Of a stretch of 64,000 nucleotides of DNA, positions 47,141-56,926 are shown piece after piece (position 1 is the stretch's first letter; each line of letters starts with the position of its first letter). The notes below the pieces were generated by a model. The model saw only the letters and a program-made list of their open reading frames with translations, did not search any database and was not told where the DNA came from. The stretch spans positions 14,086-78,085 of the forward strand of contig VGLH01000002.1 in NCBI GenBank assembly GCA_016866785.1, given 5' to 3'. Made by a program: the position numbers and the translations under genes. The DNA is from Candidatus Poribacteria bacterium. Lineage in GTDB: Bacteria > Poribacteria > WGA-4E > GCA-2687025.

Positions 47141-47438
47141 CGTCGGACTCTCCTCTCGCCGACTCGGCTGAAAACCGAGCCCCGGGTCATCGCTCCACAG
47201 TCGCCGTCGAGCCCTTGTCGCTCCGTGTCCGGTGGCTCTCAGATGCCATGGGCCCAATCGATTCCACTGGGACAAAGGACGGAAGCGCGGGTTGGCGCGT
47301 CGCCTGCCCGCATCCGGCGCACGGCATATGGGAGCCCTTCCGGCTTCGAACCCCCTGGGCAATGAGCGCCACCACAGCCGCGCTCACCGTGGCGAACGCA
47401 GCGGCTTCCTGCCACATGAGCCGCCTCCTCTCGACCGC

Positions 47439-49634
47439 CTAGACCAGCGCCGTCGTCACCGCCTTCGCGATGAACGCTGCAGCATAGGCAAGGACAGCCA
47501 TATAGCTCCACGCGAACACGGGCCAGCGCCACGAGCCCGTCTCACGCCAGATCGTCGCCACGGTAGACATGCACTGCAGCGCGATCACATAGAACACCAG
47601 CAGCGACACGACCACCGGCAACGTGAACACGGGATTCCCGGCGTGCGGACCCAACTGCCAGGTGGCAGACCGGAGACGATCTGCCAGCGGCGAAGTGTCC
47701 TCGGTCACATCGCCGACGCTGTAGATCGTTCCGAGCGTGCTGACGAACACCTCTCTGGCGGCAAACGACGACAAGATGCCGATGCCGATCCTCCAGTCGA
47801 AGCCCAGCGGCGAGATGACCGGTTCCATCAGGCTTCCCAGTCTACCTGCGAAGCTGACGCGCAGCATGGCGGACGCCTCTTCCGCTTCCAGCGACGCGAG
47901 TTGCTCGTCTACGTCGAACGCTTGTTCGGCGGCGATCAGATCGCGACGCGACGCGTACTCGCCCGCGATGACCGGCGACTTGGGATAGGATGCCAGGAAC
48001 CACATGATCACAGACACGCTCAGGATCACGGTTCCAGCCCGTTGAAGGAACATCCGCGCGCGGTCCCACATGTTCAGCAGAACCGACCGGATGTTCGGCA
48101 GTCGATAGGGAGGCAGTTCCAGAATCAGCGCCGGTGTTTCGCTGCGGAAAAGCGTCTTCTTCAGAAGCAGCGCGACACCGATGGCGATGACGACGCCAGC
48201 CGCGTAGAGGGTTCCCAAGACCAACGCCTTCGTCATCGCAGACCCCGCGATGAAAGTCGCGATGATGAGCGTATAGACAGGCAGGCGAGCGCTGCAGGTC
48301 ATTAGCGGCGCGACGAGGATCGTGACGAACCGGTCCTTCCGGTTCTCGATGGTCCGAGTCGCCATGATGCCCGGCACGGCGCACGCGAACGAGCTCAGGA
48401 GGGGGATGAACGCCTTGCCGTGCAAGCCCACGCGCCGCATCAGCCGGTCCATCATGAACGCGGCGCGCGCCATGTAGCCGGTGTCTTCCAGCAACCCGAT
48501 GAAAAGAAACAGAAACAGAATCTGGGGCAGGAAGATGACCACGGAACCGACTCCGGCGACGACGCCATCCACGAGCAGGTCTCGGAAGGGCCCGGGACCC
48601 ATGCGAGACGACAACGCCGCTGCGAGGGCGGTCATTCCTCGGTCGATCCAATCCATCGGAACGGCAGCCCATGCGAAGATCGCCTGAAAGACCAGACCCA
48701 TCAGGATGAGAAACGTCAACGGGCCGGCGACTCGATGGGTCAGGATCGCATCGGCGCGGTCGCTGCGGCTGGGTCGGGTCGCGTCACGGCGTTGCACGCA
48801 ATCCCGGGTGATCCCCCGAATCCAGCGATATCTGGCTTCCGCCTCGAAGGCTTCCGGGTCGAACCCCTCGGCAGTCAGCGTGGAGCGTCCCGTCTCTATG
48901 GCGCTGCGTAACGCTTCCGACGTCGGACGTCCCCAGACCTCCCCGACGGACACAGCGCCTAGACACCGAATGGCTTCGGCGTCGGCCTGTGCCGTCGTGT
49001 ATCCTCGATCCGACCGGAGGAGAGCGGCGACCTCGGCGATAGCGCGTTCCGCCCCTTCGGAGAGTCTCCATCGCCTTTCGGGCGGAACCGGGGGATCGCC
49101 GGACGCCAGAAGCGACAGGAGACCGTCGATTCCGATTCCTCTGCTGGCGCACATCGGCACGACGGGAACGCCGAGCCTGCGAGACAACTCCGGGGCGTCG
49201 ATGACAACGCCTGAACGCTCCGCCACGTCGATCATGTTCAGCGCGATGATCGTCGGCGCCCCCAGGTCGAGCACCTGTCCGGCAAGATATAGGTTGCGGT
49301 CGAGGTTGCTGGCATCGACGACGACGACAACGACGGTCGTTCGCGGCGTGTCTTTCGCTTCGCCCAGGATAACGGTCCGCGCGATGCGTTCCTCGGGCGA
49401 ACGGACGGTGAGGCTGTATGTCCCCGGAAGGTCGAGGACGTCGTGGAGGGCAGTTCCGAGCTGGAGGATACCCATCTTGCGCTCGACGGTGACGCCAGGG
49501 TAGTTGCCCACCTTCTGGCGCAGCCCAGTCAGCGCGTTGAAGAGCGTGGTCTTACCGGAGTTCGGGTTGCCAGCAAGCGCGATAACGTGCTTGGAAGACG
49601 CGGCGGCGACTGCGCCCGCAGCGGCCTGCCTCAT
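47439..49634 (-). CDS. feoB: ferrous iron transport protein B
   Basis: N-terminal GTPase (ALAGNPNSGKTTLFNALTG) followed by a polytopic membrane domain. 731 aa. Confidence 0.9.
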   Translation of the reverse strand: MRQAAAGAVAAASSKHVIALAGNPNSGKTTLFNALTGLRQKVGNYPGVTVERKMGILQLGTALHDVLDLPGTYSLTVRSPEERIARTVILGEAKDTPRTTVVVVVVDASNLDRNLYLAGQVLDLGAPTIIALNMIDVAERSGVVIDAPELSRRLGVPVVPMCASRGIGIDGLLSLLASGDPPVPPERRWRLSEGAERAIAEVAALLRSDRGYTTAQADAEAIRCLGAVSVGEVWGRPTSEALRSAIETGRSTLTAEGFDPEAFEAEARYRWIRGITRDCVQRRDATRPSRSDRADAILTHRVAGPLTFLILMGLVFQAIFAWAAVPMDWIDRGMTALAAALSSRMGPGPFRDLLVDGVVAGVGSVVIFLPQILFLFLFIGLLEDTGYMARAAFMMDRLMRRVGLHGKAFIPLLSSFACAVPGIMATRTIENRKDRFVTILVAPLMTCSARLPVYTLIIATFIAGSAMTKALVLGTLYAAGVVIAIGVALLLKKTLFRSETPALILELPPYRLPNIRSVLLNMWDRARMFLQRAGTVILSVSVIMWFLASYPKSPVIAGEYASRRDLIAAEQAFDVDEQLASLEAEEASAMLRVSFAGRLGSLMEPVISPLGFDWRIGIGILSSFAAREVFVSTLGTIYSVGDVTEDTSPLADRLRSATWQLGPHAGNPVFTLPVVVSLLVFYVIALQCMSTVATIWRETGSWRWPVFAWSYMAVLAYAAAFIAKAVTTALV

Positions 49635-49652
49635 CGGATCGTTCCTCGGAAG

Positions 49653-49895
49653 CTACTGCGCTACGCGGAAGCCTTCGCGCTCGACGTCGATGTAAGAGGC
49701 TTCGTGCTTGCGCAGCGAAAGGTGGTATCCACTAACCAGCAGTTCGATCGGGTCGCCGAACGGCGCGTACTTCAGCAGCTTGACGGGCTCGCCGCGAAGG
49801 AGTCCCATCTCCATGAGCCGCGTTCTGACCGAGGGCTCTCCGCCCACTCGGACGATGGTTGCCGATTCCCCGGGCTTGAGTTGAGAGAGAGTCAT
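49653..49895 (-). CDS. feoA: FeoA family protein
   Basis: 80-aa SH3-like FeoA sequence (MTLSQLKPGESATIVRV...GDPIEL). Ends 18 nt upstream of feoB. Confidence 0.75.
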   Translation of the reverse strand: MTLSQLKPGESATIVRVGGEPSVRTRLMEMGLLRGEPVKLLKYAPFGDPIELLVSGYHLSLRKHEASYIDVEREGFRVAQ

Positions 49896-49961
49896 GTTCC
49901 GGTAGTGCCTCGCACCAGATGACCTGGTATGATGTTGCGACTCAGTCTCGCTATAGGGTCC

Positions 49962-49987
49962 AAAAAATGCGTCGGCACTCCTGCCGA
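49962..49987 (-). terminator. intrinsic-terminator-like hairpin plus T6 tract in the era/GHL10-feoA intergenic region
   Basis: Minus strand reads TCGGCA-ggag-TGCCGA (6-bp GC stem, 4-nt loop) followed by cgcaTTTTTT. A T-run this long is rare in this GC-rich sequence. Confidence 0.45.
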
Positions 49988-50001
49988 ACGTCTTCGACAC
50001 T

Positions 50002-50032
50002 AATCTAGCACTTGGGGCACATCGCTGTCAAC
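50002..50032 (-). promoter_or_regulatory. sigma70-like promoter candidate (TTGACA-18 nt-TAGATT) upstream of feoA
   Basis: Minus strand reads TTGACAgcgatgtgccccaagtgcTAGATT. It overlaps the GHL10 stop codon and lies upstream of the hairpin/T-tract. Confidence 0.35.
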
Positions 50033-51965
50033 GGTCGGTGCGGGTCGTATCAGCCGCACTCGACGAGTCGGACGTCGCTCCGAGGCGCAGCGCCGGCAGA
50101 TGGTTGGACAGCACGTCCGCGTCGTAGTTGAAGAGGACGAAGCCCTGCGCCCCGAGCTCGCGCAACGTCACGACCTGACGCACGACCTGTTCGGAGGTCA
50201 GTCCTGGCGCTGAAGCCCCGATGCCCGGGTACAGCGGCACCCTCCCGCCGACCGTCCCCAACTGCGCCTCCACGAGCCGGCGAAACCGCGCGTCGTTGTC
50301 CGTGTAGTCCATCGGGCACACGAAGTCGAGATAGCCTTCCTGAATCCATGCCGCCCAATCCTGCCCGACGGTATCGCGACACGTTGGGTAGTCCGCGAAG
50401 ACAGCAGCCGACACCTGAACCCCGGGTCGCGCTTCGCGAACGCGCTGGTTGACGGCCCGCACCAGGGCGGTGATCTGGTTTCGTCGCCAATCGGCGAACG
50501 CAGCGGCGAGGCTTCCCGTCGTGGCATCGGCGGGCCACTTGCGGACGAGCTTGCCCGTGGCTCGCTGGAACCGCTCAAGGCACCCGTCGCAGAAGCACGA
50601 ATCCGAGTCCGGGTACCGAATGTAGTCGAAATGGATTCCGTCCACCGGGTATCGTCGTACGACTTCGACCATCGACTCCGTCTCGAGCTCCAGGTTCCGT
50701 GGATCCGACGGGCAGAGCCACAGCCGTTCGGATCCATCGCGGTGTCGCTGCAGCCTCTTCTCAGCCCGCATGCGAGCGACGAAGCTGTCGGGAGCAGTGG
50801 AGAGGCCCCAGTTGACTTTCCACACGTGCACGGCGATCCCATGGCGGCGAGCGGCGTCCAGGCATTCTTGGATCTGGTCGCCTCGCTCGGAGACCTCCGC
50901 AGCAACCGGCAGGATGTCGCTCGGGTAGTAGGCGAGCCCTCCCCACAGCATGTTGGGCAGCACCGCGTTGAACCCCTGGTCCGACAAGCGACGAAGGGCT
51001 TCGTCCCACGTCAGCCCCGGCACGCCGAACGCCGAATGGCACCAGACCGCCCGGAACTCATCGGGCTTTGGCGGAACCGACGCATAGTACACCGAGAGCG
51101 ATGCGCGTCGCGCTTGGGAGGCGAGGGCAAGTGCGTCGCCCGGGCTCCCAGCGTCCAGTGCTCGCTTCGCCGCAGCCGCGAGGTTCGAGCTCTCCGATCC
51201 GTACGGCTGATCGTTGACGCCGACTGCCGAAGGCATCGCGGGCGGGAGCTCGTCGAAAGCGGGCTCAACCCATGTCTTCGACAAGCCGGGCAGCAGACGA
51301 CATAGCAGCGCGCGAACGAACTGCACCTTGGCGTCGCGATCTCCCGGCAGCAGCACGTGACCGATGAACGCTCCGTTCGCATTGACCGTCACTGCGGGGA
51401 GCCCGGTGTCCTCGCCCGATGCGCGTTCCCAGTAGCCAATCGCCTGTGCGCTCGTCGCTCTCGGCACGTTGACGTTCCACGAGCCCTGCAGCACCCGTTC
51501 CGGCGAACCCGCGAACGAGCGCTCAAACCGGATCGCCGAATACTCACCGGGCTCGCGTTCCTGCCGCCATGTCGAGCCCTCGATGCCAAGCAGCCCCGCC
51601 AACGTGCTCGGCAGCGAATAGCAGACGATGACTTTCCCGCCGGCTCTGACGAAGCGAACCAGCTCGCGCCCGGCTGCAGGCGGAAGGTCCGGCGTGTGGG
51701 CGAGCACCGCGACGCGCACGCCGTCGAGACTCCCGACGCGCACGTCGCCCGCTGTCACCACGTCCCTTGGAAGGCGGGCTGCCTCCAAGACTCGCGACCA
51801 CTCCCGCGCGAAGCGTTCCGTCTGGGAGCTGCCTGCTCGGATAATGCGGATCAGCGGCGCGTTGGACGCGGCGTGGCTGTCACGCGCTGGCGTCAGCAGG
51901 AGCGCCGTCGCAAAGGCGGTGACAATGCTCAGCAGATGGGCTGCGGGTGTGCACCTGTGGGTCAT
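50028..51965 (-). CDS. secreted GHL10 (glycoside hydrolase-like family 10, DUF187/YngK-like) protein
   Basis: Signal peptide. GIHFDYIRYPDS motif characteristic of GHL10. Start overlaps the era stop (ATGA). Confidence 0.65.
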   Translation of the reverse strand: MTHRCTPAAHLLSIVTAFATALLLTPARDSHAASNAPLIRIIRAGSSQTERFAREWSRVLEAARLPRDVVTAGDVRVGSLDGVRVAVLAHTPDLPPAAGRELVRFVRAGGKVIVCYSLPSTLAGLLGIEGSTWRQEREPGEYSAIRFERSFAGSPERVLQGSWNVNVPRATSAQAIGYWERASGEDTGLPAVTVNANGAFIGHVLLPGDRDAKVQFVRALLCRLLPGLSKTWVEPAFDELPPAMPSAVGVNDQPYGSESSNLAAAAKRALDAGSPGDALALASQARRASLSVYYASVPPKPDEFRAVWCHSAFGVPGLTWDEALRRLSDQGFNAVLPNMLWGGLAYYPSDILPVAAEVSERGDQIQECLDAARRHGIAVHVWKVNWGLSTAPDSFVARMRAEKRLQRHRDGSERLWLCPSDPRNLELETESMVEVVRRYPVDGIHFDYIRYPDSDSCFCDGCLERFQRATGKLVRKWPADATTGSLAAAFADWRRNQITALVRAVNQRVREARPGVQVSAAVFADYPTCRDTVGQDWAAWIQEGYLDFVCPMDYTDNDARFRRLVEAQLGTVGGRVPLYPGIGASAPGLTSEQVVRQVVTLRELGAQGFVLFNYDADVLSNHLPALRLGATSDSSSAADTTRTDR

Positions 51966-52894
51966 TCGTACCCGAACTCGCGCAGCATCGCGTCTTTCTC
52001 GCGCCAGCCTTCACGAACACCGACCCACAGATCGAGGAAGACCTTCGTGCCGAGGAACTGCTCAATGTCTTCTCGCGCCGACTGCCCGATGGACTTGAGC
52101 ATCTCGCCTCCCCGACCGACGACGATCATCTTCTGATTCGCACGCTCCACGTAGATTGATGCGCGGATGTAGATGCGGTTCGCGCCTTCCTCTGCCACGA
52201 ACTCCTCGATCACGACGGACGAGGCGTACGGGACCTCCTGGCGCGTGCGCAGAAACACCTTCTCGCGGATCGTCTCCGCGACGAAGAATCTCTCCGGGAG
52301 CTCGCTCATCTGGTCAGGTGGAAAGAGCATGGGGCTCTCAGGAAGGTACTTCTCCATGCAGTCGAGGAGTCGGTTCAGACCCTCGCCACGCCGGGCAGCC
52401 ACGGGCACCATCTCGGCGAAGAGGTCTCGCTTCCCGTACTCGTCGAGGATCGGTAGCAGCAGCGGCTTGGCGATGCGATCGATCTTATTCAGGACGAGCA
52501 ACACGGGTCCTCGGTGCCCAGGGAGCTGCTGGAGAATCACATCGTCTGCGCGGTGGGGCGCGGTGCTGGCGTCGATGACATAGAGGACGAGGTCTGCGTC
52601 GCGCGCGGCATCGAACGCCATCTTGACCATGCGCTGCTGGAGGCGGTATCGTGGCTCCACCACACCTGGCGTGTCGAGAAACACGAACTGCGCGCGCGAT
52701 GTCGTCAGGATCCCCGAGATCCGGTTCCGCGTCGTCTGCGGCTTGCTCGTAACGGCAGCGAGCTTGCTGCCGACCAGGGCGTTGAGCAGCGTGGACTTCC
52801 CGACGTTCGGCCTGCCGAGCAGGCTGGCGTATCCAGCCCGGAACGGCTGAGCGGACGCACCCGATTCGAGCGTCTGTGTCGAGTCATCAGACAT
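51962..52894 (-). CDS. era: GTPase Era
   Basis: GRPNVGKSTLLNAL, DTPG, NKID GTPase motifs plus C-terminal KH domain. 310 aa. Confidence 0.93.
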   Translation of the reverse strand: MSDDSTQTLESGASAQPFRAGYASLLGRPNVGKSTLLNALVGSKLAAVTSKPQTTRNRISGILTTSRAQFVFLDTPGVVEPRYRLQQRMVKMAFDAARDADLVLYVIDASTAPHRADDVILQQLPGHRGPVLLVLNKIDRIAKPLLLPILDEYGKRDLFAEMVPVAARRGEGLNRLLDCMEKYLPESPMLFPPDQMSELPERFFVAETIREKVFLRTRQEVPYASSVVIEEFVAEEGANRIYIRASIYVERANQKMIVVGRGGEMLKSIGQSAREDIEQFLGTKVFLDLWVGVREGWREKDAMLREFGYE

Positions 52895-53031
52895 GGTGAG
52901 GTCCGGAGAGTCGTCAGCGCCAGGTACTGGGGCGCGACAATCATATCACCCGGCAGTCCGTGCGGGTAGGGCGCACTACTGATTAGGTCCGCAGCCATCT
53001 CCGATTGCGTCACCGGACAGGAGGTCAACAG

Positions 53032-53985
53032 ATGAAACTCGCAAGCGCTCGAACCGCCGTCCTGCTTGGCGCTGCCTGCCTGGCGACGCTTGGGGCTCGC
53101 GCTCCAGATCGTCAGACGATCGTCTTCACATCCACCCGCGATGGTGATCGCGAAATCTACACGGTGGACACGCTGGGACGGAATCCGCGCAACCTGACGA
53201 ATCTGGTCGGGAGCGATCTCGCGCCGTTCTGGTCGCCCAAGGGAACGGCAATCGCGTTCACCTCCAAACGGTCGGGCAACGACGAGCTCTACACCATGGG
53301 TCCCGACGGCGAGGACTTGCGCAACCTCACGAACCACCCCTCGGCGGACATCTGGGCGGCCTGGTCGCCTAACGGAGCCGATATCGCGTTCGTTTCGGAT
53401 CGCCACGGCAACTACGAGATCTACGTCACCGACGCCGAAGGAACCTCGGTCCGTCGATTGACGTTCGAGGGCGCTGCCGACATCCAGCCATGTTGGTCGC
53501 CGGACGGTCGCTACATCGCGTTCGCGTCGAACCGCTTCGGCCGGTACGAAATTATGGTCATGGATCGTGACGGCGCGAACGTGGAGAACGTTTCCCGCGA
53601 TCCAGCCGTCGATGTCACGCCGCGATGGTCGCCCGACGGCAAACAGCTTCTGTTCACATCGGACCGGTCAGGGAACGACGAAGTCTGGGCAATGAATGCC
53701 GACGGGACGAAGCCCCGCAACCTGACGAACCACCCGTCGACGGACTCGCTGGGAACCTGGTCTCCGGACGGCAAGTGGATCGCCTTCGTGAGCGACCGCG
53801 AGGACGATGGCGACATCTTCGTGATAACCACCAATGGCGAAGGCATCCGCAATGTGACGAAGTCGCCCGGTGTCGACAGTTGGCCCTCGTGGTTCGACCC
53901 AGCCAAAAGGAAGCCCTCGCCCATCGCGAAGAAGCTTGAGATATGGGCGCGCCTGCTTGTCGCCGAGATGCCCAAGAGCCAGTAA
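53032..53985 (+). CDS. secreted PD40 (TolB-like) beta-propeller repeat protein
   Basis: GGAGG RBS. Signal peptide. Repeated WSPDG/WSPNG PD40 motifs. Confidence 0.75.
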   Translation: MKLASARTAVLLGAACLATLGARAPDRQTIVFTSTRDGDREIYTVDTLGRNPRNLTNLVGSDLAPFWSPKGTAIAFTSKRSGNDELYTMGPDGEDLRNLTNHPSADIWAAWSPNGADIAFVSDRHGNYEIYVTDAEGTSVRRLTFEGAADIQPCWSPDGRYIAFASNRFGRYEIMVMDRDGANVENVSRDPAVDVTPRWSPDGKQLLFTSDRSGNDEVWAMNADGTKPRNLTNHPSTDSLGTWSPDGKWIAFVSDREDDGDIFVITTNGEGIRNVTKSPGVDSWPSWFDPAKRKPSPIAKKLEIWARLLVAEMPKSQ

Positions 53986-54007
53986 ACGCTTGCGCCAAGG
54001 AGTCGTG

Positions 54008-54985
54008 GTGTCGAAGCTGAGCATTGCGATCATCGGTTCGGGCGGCATGGCGAACCACCATGCCAGGGAGCTCGCCCAGGAGAGCGATGTCACAATCGCC
54101 CTGGTGGCGTCGCGCAACCGCGAGACGGGCGAGGCTCTTGCCCACCAGCACGAAGCGCGGTACGCCCCCCAGTGGGAGGACGCCATCGCCGATGGACGCA
54201 TCGACGCCGTCGTCGTGTGTACGCACAACGCCTCTCACGGCGAGATCATCCTCGGAGCGCTCGGAGCCGGCAAGCACGTCCTCAGCGAGTACCCCCTTGC
54301 GCGGTCTATCGAGGAAGGGCGCGAGATCGTGCGCCAGAGCACCGACGGCGAGTCGATCCTGCGATTGACCCACTCCGAGACCGTGTCGGGCATGCATCGC
54401 GCTCTTCGACGCGAATCGCGGGCTCTCGGTTCTCTTCTTCTGTCTTCGTTCGTTCGGTTGACTCCCGGACGAGGTTCCCGACCCGAAGTACTGTTCAATC
54501 TGCCGGTGTCAGGTCCGCCCGCGCATTTCTTCATCTACCACGTGTATCCCGTGGTAGACCCATTCGGGCCCGCCGCGTGGGTCGATGCGTCGTGCATCTA
54601 CGAAGGACTGCAGCCGGACGGTCGCTACGACCGGTTCGTTAACGTCGTGACGGCGGGAATGGTCGGAGGCGGTATCGCGCAGTGGACGTGGGCGGGCGGC
54701 ATCGAGATCGACAGCGCGAAGCAGGAAGTGCGCTACGTGATGTCCGACGGCACGCTGCATCCGGGAGGCGATGGCTGGGTCAGCTCTCGGCGCGACGGGT
54801 CAAAGGGTGTTCACTCGGACACCGATGGGTCGGACTCGCTTTACGCCCAGTGGCTCCGAGAGATCCGAAACGGCGAGACCGCGCGAGCTCGGGCGGACGC
54901 GCTCACGGCATTCGAGGCGATCAACCTGTCTCTGTCCGCGGAGAGGGCGATGGCAGAGGGGCAGCGCGCCGTGTTGGGGCGTTGA
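54008..54985 (+). CDS. Gfo/Idh/MocA family oxidoreductase
   Basis: GTG start 5 nt after AAGGAG. IAIIGSGGMANHHA Rossmann motif. Confidence 0.8.
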   Translation: MSKLSIAIIGSGGMANHHARELAQESDVTIALVASRNRETGEALAHQHEARYAPQWEDAIADGRIDAVVVCTHNASHGEIILGALGAGKHVLSEYPLARSIEEGREIVRQSTDGESILRLTHSETVSGMHRALRRESRALGSLLLSSFVRLTPGRGSRPEVLFNLPVSGPPAHFFIYHVYPVVDPFGPAAWVDASCIYEGLQPDGRYDRFVNVVTAGMVGGGIAQWTWAGGIEIDSAKQEVRYVMSDGTLHPGGDGWVSSRRDGSKGVHSDTDGSDSLYAQWLREIRNGETARARADALTAFEAINLSLSAERAMAEGQRAVLGR

Positions 54986-55101
54986 GCCTCGTGAGTCAGG
55001 ACTTCGCGTTGCTCCCGGTGCACTCGCAGAGGTATCCTCCCTGGCACATGCAACGCACAGCATTCTGAGAGCTACCGACGCACAACGGTCAGAGGGAGAC
55101 G

Positions 55102-55848
55102 ATGAAGACTGCGGCAATAGCACTGACGGCGGTGCTCGCGGCGGCGACGCTCACGGCATCCGCCGCTCCGATCAAGATCAACTGGGAAGACGGCAAGCTC
55201 GACGCCTGGTCTGCGGTCGACGAAAAGGACCTGGGAGACAAGGGCCCCTCCAACTGGGTCATCGCAGCCGGGCCCATCGACGGCAAGGCGCTGAACCAGA
55301 CCTCCAACATCTGGGGAGACGCGACAGACACGGTCGCGATCGGCACGTTCTTCATCTACAACGCGGCGGAGTTCGTCAGCTTCACGCTGGACGCGGACGT
55401 CGTCGCACAGGACAACGACGGTGTCGGCATCGTCTGGGCGTACAAGAGCCCGGAGGAACACTACCGCATGTTCATGATGCTGGACGCCAGCAATCCGCCC
55501 AACGGCGAGAAGGGTCCGTGGCGCAAGTTGGAGAAGCGGCTCGGACCCGGCACAGGCTCGAAGCTGCCCTTCTACGACAAGCCGATGGACATCAACAAGG
55601 GAGAAGCCTACTCCCAAGGCGCCAAGATGCACTGGCGACTCGAGGTCAACGCTGGCGAGTTCAAGTTCGCGCTCGACGGCAAGGATGTCCTCAAGGGCAA
55701 GGACACGACCTACTCGAAGGGCAAGATCGGGTTCCAGCTCTACGCCGAGAGCAACATCTTCATCGACAACATCGCCATCGAGGACTTGGGTCTCGCTGTC
55801 TCGCCAGCCGGTAGGCTTGCCTCCGCCTGGGCTGACCTGAAGCGATAG
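55102..55848 (+). CDS. secreted DUF1080 (3-keto-disaccharide hydrolase-like, concanavalin-type) protein
   Basis: Signal peptide. NWEDGKLDAWS start and C-terminal GKIGFQLYAESNIFIDNIAIE match the DUF1080 pattern. Confidence 0.7.
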   Translation: MKTAAIALTAVLAAATLTASAAPIKINWEDGKLDAWSAVDEKDLGDKGPSNWVIAAGPIDGKALNQTSNIWGDATDTVAIGTFFIYNAAEFVSFTLDADVVAQDNDGVGIVWAYKSPEEHYRMFMMLDASNPPNGEKGPWRKLEKRLGPGTGSKLPFYDKPMDINKGEAYSQGAKMHWRLEVNAGEFKFALDGKDVLKGKDTTYSKGKIGFQLYAESNIFIDNIAIEDLGLAVSPAGRLASAWADLKR

Positions 55849-55870
55849 CCGTCCCGGAACACACAGCCCA

Positions 55871-56926
55871 TCAGATGGCGTGCCGCACCTCGTAGATCGC
55901 GGCACGCCGTCCCAGCAGTTCGATCTGCCAGCGACGGCGCAACTTCCAGACCGACGTCCCTTCCAGCGCGCGCTCTAAGAGCCGGCTTCGGCTTGTCAGC
56001 AGTATCATTCTGCCCTCTGGAGCCAGGACCCGAGCGGCTTCGCGCAGGAACGCCGGATAGAGCGCGGCGTTCGACTCCTCCGACCCGACTTTGATGCCGA
56101 ACGGCAGGTTCGTCACGAGCGCCGAGACGGAACCCGACCCGAGCGGCAGAGCTCCGGCGTCCCATTGATGCAGCCCGATGGGCTGGAACCGTGGACCAAC
56201 GTTGGCTCGCGTCGCGGCAACAGCAGAGGCTGCGTGATCGCCGCCGATCAGCAGGCGGTATCGGGCGTCATCCCCACGCTCGATGAGGATCGTCCCTGCT
56301 CCGCACATCGGATCGAGGAACACGTCGTCCGGGCTCGGTTCAGACAAGTGGACCATGCACCGAGCTACGACGGGGCGCAGCGACGCTTCCACATGCGCCG
56401 ACTTGTAGGAGCGATGCCGCATGGTCCGGTCGGATAGCCGGACGCCGCACAGGAGCTCGTCCCCATCCTGCCGCGCCCAGACCTCGATGTGGGCATCGTC
56501 TTCGACTTCGCGCCAGCGAGGGAACCTCGACCCGATGGCAGCGCCGATCCGCGTCTGGAGATCGACGCGACGGTACGCGTGAGCGTCGTGGACGCGCTGG
56601 CAGACGACACGGTAGGTGATCCGGTGGGCGCGCGACCGGCGCAGTCCGCGCAGAACCGCAACCGCTGCGTCGAATCGGTCGCGTCGCATGACGAGGGCTT
56701 CCGCTTGTCGCAGCCCATCGCGCTCTCGTGAGATGGTCCCGGAACCGACCAGCGCGAAGACGTCCTCCGTCGTCCTGAGACGGAGGAGCCGGGCAGCGTC
56801 GCCGCCGTACTCGAAGTGGACGATACCCCGCGACGTCGGCGACGAGGTAGCGCTGTCGAGGCGACGAGCGATCTCTCGGCTCGTCAGCTCCTCGAGACCG
56901 ATCGTCGTGAAGGCGTAGAACCTCAT
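55871..56926 (-). CDS. THUMP-domain class I SAM-dependent RNA methyltransferase
   Basis: THUMP-like N-terminus. Motif I DPMCGAGTILIE. NLPFG (NPPY-like) motif. Confidence 0.7.
   Translation of the reverse strand: MRFYAFTTIGLEELTSREIARRLDSATSSPTSRGIVHFEYGGDAARLLRLRTTEDVFALVGSGTISRERDGLRQAEALVMRRDRFDAAVAVLRGLRRSRAHRITYRVVCQRVHDAHAYRRVDLQTRIGAAIGSRFPRWREVEDDAHIEVWARQDGDELLCGVRLSDRTMRHRSYKSAHVEASLRPVVARCMVHLSEPSPDDVFLDPMCGAGTILIERGDDARYRLLIGGDHAASAVAATRANVGPRFQPIGLHQWDAGALPLGSGSVSALVTNLPFGIKVGSEESNAALYPAFLREAARVLAPEGRMILLTSRSRLLERALEGTSVWKLRRRWQIELLGRRAAIYEVRHAI
55877..55908. repeat. perfect 10-bp inverted repeat (GGCGTGCCGC-12 nt-GCGGCACGCC) at convergent gene junction
   Basis: Read directly. 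It lies inside the last codons of the THUMP methyltransferase gene, 29 nt past the DUF1080 stop. No T-tract follows. Confidence 0.4.

Noticed and set aside
46073-48305. ORFs 46073-47365(+) and 47232-48305(+) across the GRE 5' end and feoB
   Set aside because: They are antisense to the GRE and FeoB genes, with R/H/D-rich translations and no motifs.
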